This document shows positions 9,605-18,649 of a DNA stretch of 64,000 bases, piece by piece. Each line of letters opens with the position of its first letter. Position 1 is the first letter of the stretch. Position numbers and translations under genes: made by a program. The notes under the pieces are model-generated. The model had not been told where the DNA came from. It did not search any database and worked only from the letters and a program-made list of their open reading frames with translations. Where the stretch lies: positions 96,001-160,000 of the forward strand of contig JBJOKS010000002.1 in the NCBI GenBank assembly GCA_046045965.1, written 5' to 3'. This stretch comes from Cyanobacteriota bacterium. Its GTDB lineage: Bacteria > Cyanobacteriota > Cyanobacteriia > Cyanobacteriales > Nostocaceae.

Positions 9605-12600
9605 ATGATGTCTGCTGATTTAATTAATACTGCTTTGGCAGAGTTGGAGAGCCTTATTAACAGTTGTGAAAAGGATTTGATTAGGTTTATAGAGGGAAAA
9701 AAAATGAAATCAGAAAATCAAATGTCAACTCACAAAATTAACAGACAACTGCAACAAAATCCCATCGCAATTGTCGGTATGGCATCTTTATTACCACAAG
9801 CCAGAAACCTACGACAATACTGGGCAAATATTGTTAACAAAATTGATTGTATTACCGATGTTCCTGATACCCATTGGAGCGTTAAAGATTACTACGATCC
9901 CAACCCCAGAACACCAGAGGATAAAACCTATTGTAAACGTGGCGGTTTTATTCCTGAAGTTGATTTTAACCCGATGGAATTTGGTATTCCTCCCAGCATT
10001 TTAGAAGTTACTGATGTATCGCAACTGTTAAGTTTAGTAGTTGCGAAAGAAGCAATGGAAGATGCTGGTTATGGTGAATCTCGTGAATTTAGCCGCGAGA
10101 ATGTGGGTGTAATTTTAGGTGTAGCAATGGCTAAACAGTTGGGGATGCCATTATCTGCTAGATTAGAATATCCGATTTGGGAAAAAGTTCTCAAAAGTAG
10201 CGGTTTATCTGATGAAGATACTCAGAAAATCGTTGAAAAAATCAAAAGTGCATACATTAAATGGGATGAAAACGCTTTTCCTGGAATGTTAGCAAATGTT
10301 GTTGCTGGACGTATTGCTAACCGCCTCAATTTTGGGGGCATGAATTGTGTGGTTGATGCGGCTTGTGCTAGTTCCTTCGGTGCTTTGAAAATGGCAATTA
10401 GTGAACTGGTTGAACATCGCAGCGATATGATGCTGACGGGTGGTGTGGATACCGATAACACCATCATGGCGTACATTTCTTTTAGCAAAACTCCCGCTGT
10501 TTCTCCTAGCGAAAACGTCAAACCTTTCGATGCTAAATCAGACGGGATGATGTTAGGTGAAGGTATCGGGATGATTGTTATTAAACGTCTCGAAGATGCG
10601 GAACGAGATGGTGATAAAATCTATGCAGTTATTAAAGGTATTGGCACTTCTAGCGATGGACGCTATAAGAGTATTTATGCTCCCCGAAAAGAAGGACAAG
10701 TTAAAGCTTTAGAACGTGCTTACAATGATGCTGGTTTTTCTCCTGCTACTGTGGGTTTGATGGAAGCACATGGTACAGGAACAATGGCTGGAGATCCTAC
10801 AGAATTTGGTTCTTTACGAGATTTCTTGAATCAATATGACAACAAAAAACAGCATATTGCTTTAGGTAGTGTAAAATCTCAAATTGGACATACTAAAGCC
10901 GCTGCTGGTGCTGCTAGTTTAATTAAAACTGCACTGGCACTACATCACAAGATTTTACCACCAACTATCAATATTACTGAGCCAAATCCTAAGCTCGATA
11001 TTCAAAATTCTTCGTTTTATTTAAACACGGAAACTAGACCTTGGATTCGTGCAGAAGGTGAAGCACCAAGACGTGCGGGTGTGAGTTCTTTCGGTTTTGG
11101 TGGCACTAATTATCACGTTGTTTTGGAAGAATACGAAGCGGAACAACAACAAGCTTATCGTTTACATAATGCGGCAAGTGAAATGTTATTATTTGCTGCC
11201 AATCCATCTGAATTAATCAACAAGTTAGAAGCAACTTTCAATAATTTGCAATCTCATGAGGGAGAAAGACATTACTCGCAATTAGTCCAAGAATCGAAGT
11301 CTTTAACTATTCCTAAAACTGCGGCGAGAATTGGGTTTGTAGCTGAGAATGTGCAAGAAACTTGTAAGTTATTGAAAGTTAGTATTGATTTGCTGAAAAA
11401 TAAGCCTTCAGCAGTTTCTTGGGAACATCCTCAAGGTATTTATTACCGTGCTTCTGGGATGGAATTGGGTGGAAAAGTTGTGGCTTTATTCTCTGGACAA
11501 GGTTCTCAATACCTAGAAATGGGTAGAGAAGCAGTGATGAATTTCCCAGCTTTACGCCGTCTTTATGGGTTAATGGATGGGTTGTTAATTAAGGATAATT
11601 TGCAGCCAATTTCTCAAATTGTTTTCCCCCATCCGACTTTTGAGGAAGCAGAAAAAACTGCTCAAATTGCAGCTTTACAAAGAACTGAATATGCTCAACC
11701 TGCAATTGGTGTATTTAGTGCGGGACTGTATTCTATTTTCCAACAAGCTGGGTTTAAATCAGATTTTGCAGCGGGTCATAGTTTTGGAGAATTGACGGCT
11801 TTGTGGGCTGCGGGAGTGTTAACTGAGGAAGATTATTTGTACTTGGTTAAGTCTAGAGGTCAAGCGATGGCTGCACCAAAAGATCCTGACCATGATGCGG
11901 GTAGTATGTTAGCGGTGAAGGAAGATATTAATAAAGTGGAAGCGGTACTGCGGAATTTTCCCCAGGTTGCGATCGCTAATTTTAATTCTCCCACTCAAGT
12001 TGTTTTAGCAGGTCCTACTGCGGAAATTAAGAAAATTCAACAGAAGTTTCAAGAGTTAGGATATGGAGCGGTATTGTTACCAGTTTCCGCTGCTTTCCAC
12101 ACACCTTTAATTGCATTTGCTCAAAAATCATTTGCGATCGCTACTAAATCTGTTGCCTTCCAAAATCCGCAAATTCCCGTTTTTAGCAACGTCACTGGTA
12201 AACAATATCCCCAAGAACCTTCCAGCATTCAAAGAGTATTAGAAAATCATCTTTCTAACTCAGTGATGTTTAAACAAGAGATAGAAAATATCTATGCTGC
12301 TGGTGGTTACTGCTTCGTAGAATTTGGACCAAAACGCATTCTTAGCAACTTGGTAAAAGATATTTTAGGCGAGCGTCCACATATTACAATATCACTCAAT
12401 CCTAGTACCCAGAAAAACAGCGATCGCTCCCTCAGAGAAGCAGCAATACAACTGCGCGTCATTGGTATGGCTTTAAATGATCTTGACCCCTACCAACTAC
12501 CCCCAACATTACCTCCAGCCGCCACCAAAAAAGCCTTAAACGTCAAATTAAGAGGTATTAATTACGTTTCCGAAAAAACCAAAAATGCCTTCACTGAAGC

Positions 12601-14989
12601 ATTACAGGATGGGTTCAAAATCAAAGGAATTCAAGAGTCTAGAAATTTAGATATTCAGAATTTACCAACTCCTGAAATGCCTGTAATTCCTTCTAATAAC
12701 GGTCATAACGGTAATGGTAACGGAAACGGAAATGGGCACAAAAAAACCCCAGTAATTACTTCTTCACAAACAGTTCCCCAGATGAATCCGGCTACACCTG
12801 TAAATTCAAATCAAGTAACCAAAGAATTATTACCTACAGCACGCTATGCTATCGCAGAACGTCCAGGAGGGAAAATGGAAACACCAGATAAACATAACAA
12901 CTTCCAACAGGTTCTGGAAAGTTTAGAAAACCTCCTGAACCAGTTTCAAGAAAACCAAGGCGATAACTTACAAATTCACGGGACTTATTTAAGTCATCAA
13001 ATGGAATATGCCAAAACATTTTTCCAACTGATGCAACAACAAAACGCCCTGTTTATGAACAGTAAAGCTTCAGAAACTGCCCAAATCAAACAAGTAGTCA
13101 TGGAAAGCTTCGAGCGTAGCATGATGCAGTTTCACAGCCAACAAAGTGAAACCCTCCGCATTCATGAACAATATTTGCGTGAACAAGTAGAATACACTAA
13201 AAACTTTTTCCAACTCATTCAACAAGAATATTCTCTACTAATTGACGGTACAGAAACAAATCAACCAGTAATTCCGCCCCAATTTACCGAGACACACACC
13301 AACAGTCTCCGGGAATTGATGCCACAAAACCCAGAACCAACGATTACAGAAACAGTTGTTCCTCCTACCGCCAAAATAGTAGAAACTCAAGAACCTGTAA
13401 TTATCCAAACTGCACCTGCAATAGAAACAGTTCCCGTTGCTAAAATTGTAGAACCTGTAATAGAAACACCTGCTCCAGTTGTAGAAAAGCCAGTAGAAAA
13501 GCAACCTGAACCAATTGCACCCATAGCATTAATTCCAGAACCAACAAACTCTGGAGTTAATATTAAAGAAATAGGTAAAAATCTCCTAGCTATTACTAGT
13601 GAAAAAACCGGTTATCCCATCGAAATGTTAGAGTTTGACATGGACATGGAAGCTGACCTGGGAATTGACTCCATCAAACGGGTAGAAATTCTGGGAGGAT
13701 TGCAAGAATTATACCCCAACCTACCCAAACCAAACTTAGAAGAACTGGCAGAAAAACGCACCATTGGTCAAGTTGTTGAATATCTGCAAAAACAGGTTGC
13801 AGTTAACAGTTCAGAAGTAAAAAATGAGGTGACAGAAGAGGTAATAGGTGACAGGTTACAGGTGACAGAGGAAGTACAACAAGAGTTAGTCATTCCTCCC
13901 CAGTCCCTAGTTCCCAGTCCCCAGTCCCTAGTCCCCAGTACCGAATACCTTGATTTAGCCCAAACCCTGTTAAACATTACCAGTGAAAAAACAGGCTACC
14001 CAGTCGAGATGCTAGAACTAGACATGGACATGGAAGCTGACCTGGGAATTGACTCCATCAAACGGGTAGAAATACTGGGAGGAATGCAAGAAGCATACCC
14101 CGACTTACCCAAACCAAACATAGAAGAATTAGGCGACCTGCGGACAATTGGACAGATAGTGAACTACCTCCAGAAACTGGTGGCAGGTGAAAAAAAAAAG
14201 CTTGATTCTGACCAGATAGAACCACAAATAGAAACAATAGAAAAAGTGGTGGACTTAACCCCACCACTACCAGCAGACCCAAATTTACCACGTCGTCCAG
14301 CTAAACTTAAAACATTACCCAAACCTGATTTTTGGGAATGTAAATTACCAGAGGGACACATTGGTTTAATCACCGATGATGGTTCCCTCACCACCACCAA
14401 ACTAGCTCACGCACTTATTGAACAAGGTTGGAAAGTAGTAGTTTTAAGTTTCCCCCAATCATTAGTTGCAGAACAATTTCCATTACCAGCAGAAGTTACC
14501 CGCATCACCTTGGCAAACATGAGTGAAGAACATCTGCAACTACTCTTACAAAGTATCACCATTCAACACGGAAAAATTGGGGCATTCATTCACCTACATC
14601 CACAATTCACCACCTCTTATTTAGAAACAGAAAAAGCGATTGTCAAGCAAGTATTTTTGATGGCGAAACATCTCAAACAATCGCTCAACACAGCCGCAGA
14701 TTTAGAAGGAAGAGTGAGCTTTTGTACAGTTGCCCATCTCGACGGTGCATTTGGTTTAAACCACACAGAAGACTTCGGAATTATCGGTGCCGGATTATTT
14801 GGATTAACAAAGAGTTTGAGATGGGAATGGCCAAAAGTATTCTTGAGAGCAATTGATTTACATCCCAACTTAGACCCACACCAATCAGCAGAATATATTG
14901 TAGCAGAATTGCACGATTCTAACCGATATATTGGTGAAGTTGGTTATAGCTCCAAAGGACGAGTCACACTCATAGCTGAAGCTGAATAA
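9605..14989 (+). CDS. hglE: Heterocyst glycolipid synthase, KS-AT-ACP-ACP-C-terminal domain (PfaA-like)
   Basis: DAACASS and EAHGTGT (KS), GHSFGE (AT), two DLGIDSIKRVEIL ACPs; possible alternative start ATG at 9704 behind GAGGG. Confidence 0.95.
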   Translation: MMSADLINTALAELESLINSCEKDLIRFIEGKKMKSENQMSTHKINRQLQQNPIAIVGMASLLPQARNLRQYWANIVNKIDCITDVPDTHWSVKDYYDPNPRTPEDKTYCKRGGFIPEVDFNPMEFGIPPSILEVTDVSQLLSLVVAKEAMEDAGYGESREFSRENVGVILGVAMAKQLGMPLSARLEYPIWEKVLKSSGLSDEDTQKIVEKIKSAYIKWDENAFPGMLANVVAGRIANRLNFGGMNCVVDAACASSFGALKMAISELVEHRSDMMLTGGVDTDNTIMAYISFSKTPAVSPSENVKPFDAKSDGMMLGEGIGMIVIKRLEDAERDGDKIYAVIKGIGTSSDGRYKSIYAPRKEGQVKALERAYNDAGFSPATVGLMEAHGTGTMAGDPTEFGSLRDFLNQYDNKKQHIALGSVKSQIGHTKAAAGAASLIKTALALHHKILPPTINITEPNPKLDIQNSSFYLNTETRPWIRAEGEAPRRAGVSSFGFGGTNYHVVLEEYEAEQQQAYRLHNAASEMLLFAANPSELINKLEATFNNLQSHEGERHYSQLVQESKSLTIPKTAARIGFVAENVQETCKLLKVSIDLLKNKPSAVSWEHPQGIYYRASGMELGGKVVALFSGQGSQYLEMGREAVMNFPALRRLYGLMDGLLIKDNLQPISQIVFPHPTFEEAEKTAQIAALQRTEYAQPAIGVFSAGLYSIFQQAGFKSDFAAGHSFGELTALWAAGVLTEEDYLYLVKSRGQAMAAPKDPDHDAGSMLAVKEDINKVEAVLRNFPQVAIANFNSPTQVVLAGPTAEIKKIQQKFQELGYGAVLLPVSAAFHTPLIAFAQKSFAIATKSVAFQNPQIPVFSNVTGKQYPQEPSSIQRVLENHLSNSVMFKQEIENIYAAGGYCFVEFGPKRILSNLVKDILGERPHITISLNPSTQKNSDRSLREAAIQLRVIGMALNDLDPYQLPPTLPPAATKKALNVKLRGINYVSEKTKNAFTEALQDGFKIKGIQESRNLDIQNLPTPEMPVIPSNNGHNGNGNGNGNGHKKTPVITSSQTVPQMNPATPVNSNQVTKELLPTARYAIAERPGGKMETPDKHNNFQQVLESLENLLNQFQENQGDNLQIHGTYLSHQMEYAKTFFQLMQQQNALFMNSKASETAQIKQVVMESFERSMMQFHSQQSETLRIHEQYLREQVEYTKNFFQLIQQEYSLLIDGTETNQPVIPPQFTETHTNSLRELMPQNPEPTITETVVPPTAKIVETQEPVIIQTAPAIETVPVAKIVEPVIETPAPVVEKPVEKQPEPIAPIALIPEPTNSGVNIKEIGKNLLAITSEKTGYPIEMLEFDMDMEADLGIDSIKRVEILGGLQELYPNLPKPNLEELAEKRTIGQVVEYLQKQVAVNSSEVKNEVTEEVIGDRLQVTEEVQQELVIPPQSLVPSPQSLVPSTEYLDLAQTLLNITSEKTGYPVEMLELDMDMEADLGIDSIKRVEILGGMQEAYPDLPKPNIEELGDLRTIGQIVNYLQKLVAGEKKKLDSDQIEPQIETIEKVVDLTPPLPADPNLPRRPAKLKTLPKPDFWECKLPEGHIGLITDDGSLTTTKLAHALIEQGWKVVVLSFPQSLVAEQFPLPAEVTRITLANMSEEHLQLLLQSITIQHGKIGAFIHLHPQFTTSYLETEKAIVKQVFLMAKHLKQSLNTAADLEGRVSFCTVAHLDGAFGLNHTEDFGIIGAGLFGLTKSLRWEWPKVFLRAIDLHPNLDPHQSAEYIVAELHDSNRYIGEVGYSSKGRVTLIAEAE
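13897..13939 (+). repeat. STRR1-type (CCCCAGT)n heptamer array inside the hglE inter-ACP linker
   Basis: ccccagt ccctagt tcccagt ccccagt ccctagt ccccagt, encoding PQSLVPSPQSLVPS. Confidence 0.85.
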
Positions 14990-14996
14990 TTTGTCA

Positions 14997-15013
14997 GGTG
15001 GGCATTGCCCACC
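14997..15013. repeat. REP-like palindrome GGTGGGCATTGCCCACC; related GTAG-type copies at 25291-25315, 26198-26226 and 31283-31310
   Basis: Short GC-rich hairpins just after stop codons. Confidence 0.7.
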
Positions 15014-15327
15014 ACACAAATAAACTATGTTTCGCTTATCTTCTTCTCTTCTTCCTTTCTTCCTTCGTGTACTTCGTGTCCTTCGTGGTTCATTAAATCT
15101 TCTTCTTTGTGTCTTTGCGTGAGATTTTAATTAATCATTTTCTGTTATGGGTAAGGATTTCTTTTAAAACGAACCGCAGAGGCGCAGAGAACACAGAGAG
15201 AAGAATAATTTATGCACTGACTTTTATGTAGCTAGAGATTTATTTACCTATGCAGACAAATGAAATGTTTTGAAGTTCGGAATTTTTAATTTTTAATTTT
15301 TAATTTTTAATTCATCACCGAGGAATT

Positions 15328-17058
15328 ATGACAGCAACACTTCAAGTTAGCCCATCATCTGTTTTTGTTGTAAGTGGTGGAGCTAAGGGAATCACTGCAC
15401 AATGCACAATTAAATTAGCACAAAATCAACCTTGTAAATTCATTCTTTTAGGTCGTTCTGAAATTACCCCAGAACCAGAATATGCACGTGACTGTTTAGA
15501 AGATGCAGCTTTGAAAAAACGCATCATGGAAAATTTGATTTCTCAAGGTGAGAAACCGACACCCATGATGGTACAAAAGATATTTAATGAGATTAATTCT
15601 AGCCGAGAAATTAAAAAGACCTTGGCTGCAATTGAAGAAGCGAGTGCAAAGGCTGAATATATCAGCGTTGATGTGACTGATACTGTAGCTTTAAAAGAAA
15701 AACTCAACGCTGTAGCTCAAAAGTTTGGTCAAATTACAGGTATTATTCACGGTGCTGGTAACTTAGCTGATAAGTTAATTGAAAAGAAAACTTCTGAGGA
15801 TTTTGAAAAGGTTTACACAGCTAAAGTGCAAGGATTACAAAATTTACTCAATTGTATTAATCCTCAGCAATTGCAGCATTTAGTTTTGTTTTCTTCCGTG
15901 ACTGGTTTTTATGGAAATATTGGACAAAGTGATTATGCGATCGCTAATGAAATTCTCAATAAATCATCTCACCAATTTAAGAAAAATTACCCAAACTCTC
16001 ATGTAGTTGCAATTAACTGGGGTGGTTGGGATAGTGGTATGGTGACACCACAACTCAAAAAAGCATTTGCTGAAAGAGGAATTGACATTATTCCTGTAGA
16101 TATTGGTACACAAATGTTAGTTAATGAACTACATCCCGCTTATCAAAATCAGTCGCAAGTTGTAATTGGTAGTCCCATGAATCTACCACCAACACCATTA
16201 GATAATAAACTAAAAAGCTATCGCATCCGCAGACGGATGACATTAGCAGAAAATCCTTTTTTATATGATCATACCATTGCCGGGGCGCAAGTATTACCAG
16301 CCACCTGCGCCATGTCTTGGATGATTCATGCTTGTGAAGAAATTTATCCCGGTTATCGCTACTTGAATTGCAAAGAATTTAAGGTATTAAAAGGAATTAC
16401 CTTTAATTCAAGTCTTGCAGATGAATATATTCTAGAGATTCAAGAACTATCCAAAGTAGATGGTGATTTTATTGAATTTCAGACCAAGATATTGAGTAAA
16501 AATGCTCAATGTAAAACTCATTTTCATTTCTCTGCTATCATCAAAGTAGTGGGAAAAATGCCAGAAGCACCCATGTATGAATCTCTGAATCTCACGGAAG
16601 ATAATATTATTACCACCACAGGTAAAGGATTTTATCAAAATGGTAATTCAACCTTATTTCATGGACCAGCATTTCAAGAAATTACCAGAGTATTAAATGT
16701 TAACCCTAATAAAATTACTGTAGAGTGTTGTTGGCAAGAAATATCTGAACAAGCACAAGGACAATTTCCTGTTAAATGGCATAATCCTTATACTACAGAT
16801 ATCAGTACCCAATCACTTTGGATTTGGTTAAATCACTTTCATCAAGAAGTATGTTTACCAGGACAATTAACATATTCAGAACAGTTTTTAGCCGTACCTT
16901 GTAACTCACCATTTTATGTATCTTGCGAAATCGAAAATAAAACAGATACTGGAGCAACAGCTAATTTTATTCTACACAGTCATGAAGGGAAAATATACTC
17001 ACGAATTTTAGGAGCAAAGGCAGTAATTTGGCCAATGAAAATGTTAAATAAGAAGTAA
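15328..17058 (+). CDS. hglG: Ketoreductase/dehydratase subunit of the HGL synthase
   Basis: SGGAKGIT, HGAG, GQSDYAIAN (KR); FLYDHTIAGAQVLP (DH). Confidence 0.9.
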   Translation: MTATLQVSPSSVFVVSGGAKGITAQCTIKLAQNQPCKFILLGRSEITPEPEYARDCLEDAALKKRIMENLISQGEKPTPMMVQKIFNEINSSREIKKTLAAIEEASAKAEYISVDVTDTVALKEKLNAVAQKFGQITGIIHGAGNLADKLIEKKTSEDFEKVYTAKVQGLQNLLNCINPQQLQHLVLFSSVTGFYGNIGQSDYAIANEILNKSSHQFKKNYPNSHVVAINWGGWDSGMVTPQLKKAFAERGIDIIPVDIGTQMLVNELHPAYQNQSQVVIGSPMNLPPTPLDNKLKSYRIRRRMTLAENPFLYDHTIAGAQVLPATCAMSWMIHACEEIYPGYRYLNCKEFKVLKGITFNSSLADEYILEIQELSKVDGDFIEFQTKILSKNAQCKTHFHFSAIIKVVGKMPEAPMYESLNLTEDNIITTTGKGFYQNGNSTLFHGPAFQEITRVLNVNPNKITVECCWQEISEQAQGQFPVKWHNPYTTDISTQSLWIWLNHFHQEVCLPGQLTYSEQFLAVPCNSPFYVSCEIENKTDTGATANFILHSHEGKIYSRILGAKAVIWPMKMLNKK

Positions 17059-17069
17059 AGACACAAATT

Positions 17070-17160
17070 GTAGGTTGGGTTAAGCGATAGCGCAACCCAA
17101 CAACATTACCAAAATATTGAATTTATTAATGTTGGGTTTCCTTACGTCAACCCAACCTAC
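17070..17160. repeat. Long REP/BIME-like element GTAGGTTGGGTT...AACCCAACCTAC, copy 1
   Basis: 12-bp terminal inverted repeat with an internal CCCAACA/TGTTGGG stem; second copy at 21964. Confidence 0.8.
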
Positions 17161-17287
17161 AATTAAAACTTTGAACCACGTTTGGGGGAATCGCGTAAAT
17201 CCTAAAACACTATGAGGGAATTAAATTAAGGATTAATTCTTAATTCTTAATTCTTAATTTCCTCCTACCCCAACGAGGATTTCAACA

Positions 17288-18649
17288 GTGGAAAAAATAG
17301 CCATCATTGGATTATCATGCCTCTTTCCAGACGCAAACAATCCTGAACAATTTTGGCAGAATCTCAGCGAAGAAAAAGACTCAACCTCTGATATTAGCGT
17401 AGCCGATTTAGGTTTAGATCCTAGCATATTTTACGATGCTAACAAAGGCAAACCGGAAAAATTTTACTTTCTTAAAGGTGGATTTATTCGGAACTTTGAT
17501 TTTAATCCTAGTGAGTACAATTTACCTGGGGAATTTGTACAAAGCTTGGACAATACTTTTAAATGGTCACTGTATGCGGCTAAACAAGCAATTGTTAACA
17601 GTGGCTATTGGGGAAATGAATCTGCACTCTCAAAATGTGGCGTAATTTTAGGAACTCTCGCTTTACCAACTAAAGCATCAAATCAATTGTTTGCACCTAT
17701 TTATCAGCAAACCATTGAACCTGCAATTAGTGAACTTCTACAAGAAAAAGATTTCCGTCTAGGTGGTTCATTAACCGCAGCCAAAGCATCACCCTATAAT
17801 GCGATGGTTTCCGGTTTACCTGCTGCCATAATTTCCCGTGCATTTGCACTATCTGGAACTCATTGCTGTATAGATGCAGCCTGTTCATCATCATTTTATG
17901 CCATTAAATTAGCATCCCATTATTTGCAATCTGGCAAAGCAGATTTGATGTTAGCCGGTGCTATTAGTTGCTCAGATCCGTTGTTTGTAAGAATGCTATT
18001 TTCCGGTATTCAAGGATATCCAGAAAATGGCATTAGTCGCCCTCTAGATAAAGCATCACGGGGCTTAATTACCTCCGAAGGAATAGGGATGGTAATGCTG
18101 AAAAGATATAGTGATGCTGTCAGAGATGGAGATAAAATTCTCGCAACTATTTGTGGTAATGGTCTATCTAATGATGGGAAAGGTAAGCATCTCCTCAGTC
18201 CTAATGCTCAAGGGCAAATTACCGCCTATCAAAGAGCTTATGCTGAGGCAAAACTTGACCCCAAAACAATTGATTATTTAGAGTGTCATGCTACCGGCAC
18301 TCTATTAGGAGATACCACCGAATCTAACTCTATTGAAGGCTTTTTTGGTAAAAATCAAGCAACGCCTTTAGTGGGTTCTACTAAAAATAACGTCGGTCAT
18401 TTACTCGTTGCTGCCGGTATGGTGGGGATAACAAAGACCATTTTAAGTATGTCTCATAATGTGATCCCAGCGACTATTAATGTCAGTGAACCTATGGGTT
18501 CTGAAAATAATGTTGTTTCGCCACAAAACATTGTCAGAACCGCCACAAATTGGCCGAGTAAACTCACTAAGCAAGTAGCTTTGAGCGCATTTGGATTTGG
18601 TGGAACAAACTCTCATTTAGTTTTGGAACAAGGGGAAGTCAGCAAATGA
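17288..18649 (+). CDS. hglD: Ketosynthase
   Basis: DAACSSS, ECHATGT, GHLLVAAG, SAFGFGGTN; GTG start. Confidence 0.9.
   Translation: MEKIAIIGLSCLFPDANNPEQFWQNLSEEKDSTSDISVADLGLDPSIFYDANKGKPEKFYFLKGGFIRNFDFNPSEYNLPGEFVQSLDNTFKWSLYAAKQAIVNSGYWGNESALSKCGVILGTLALPTKASNQLFAPIYQQTIEPAISELLQEKDFRLGGSLTAAKASPYNAMVSGLPAAIISRAFALSGTHCCIDAACSSSFYAIKLASHYLQSGKADLMLAGAISCSDPLFVRMLFSGIQGYPENGISRPLDKASRGLITSEGIGMVMLKRYSDAVRDGDKILATICGNGLSNDGKGKHLLSPNAQGQITAYQRAYAEAKLDPKTIDYLECHATGTLLGDTTESNSIEGFFGKNQATPLVGSTKNNVGHLLVAAGMVGITKTILSMSHNVIPATINVSEPMGSENNVVSPQNIVRTATNWPSKLTKQVALSAFGFGGTNSHLVLEQGEVSK

Noticed and set aside
13590..14165. Near-identical direct repeats inside hglE
   Set aside because: Explained by the tandem ACP domains.
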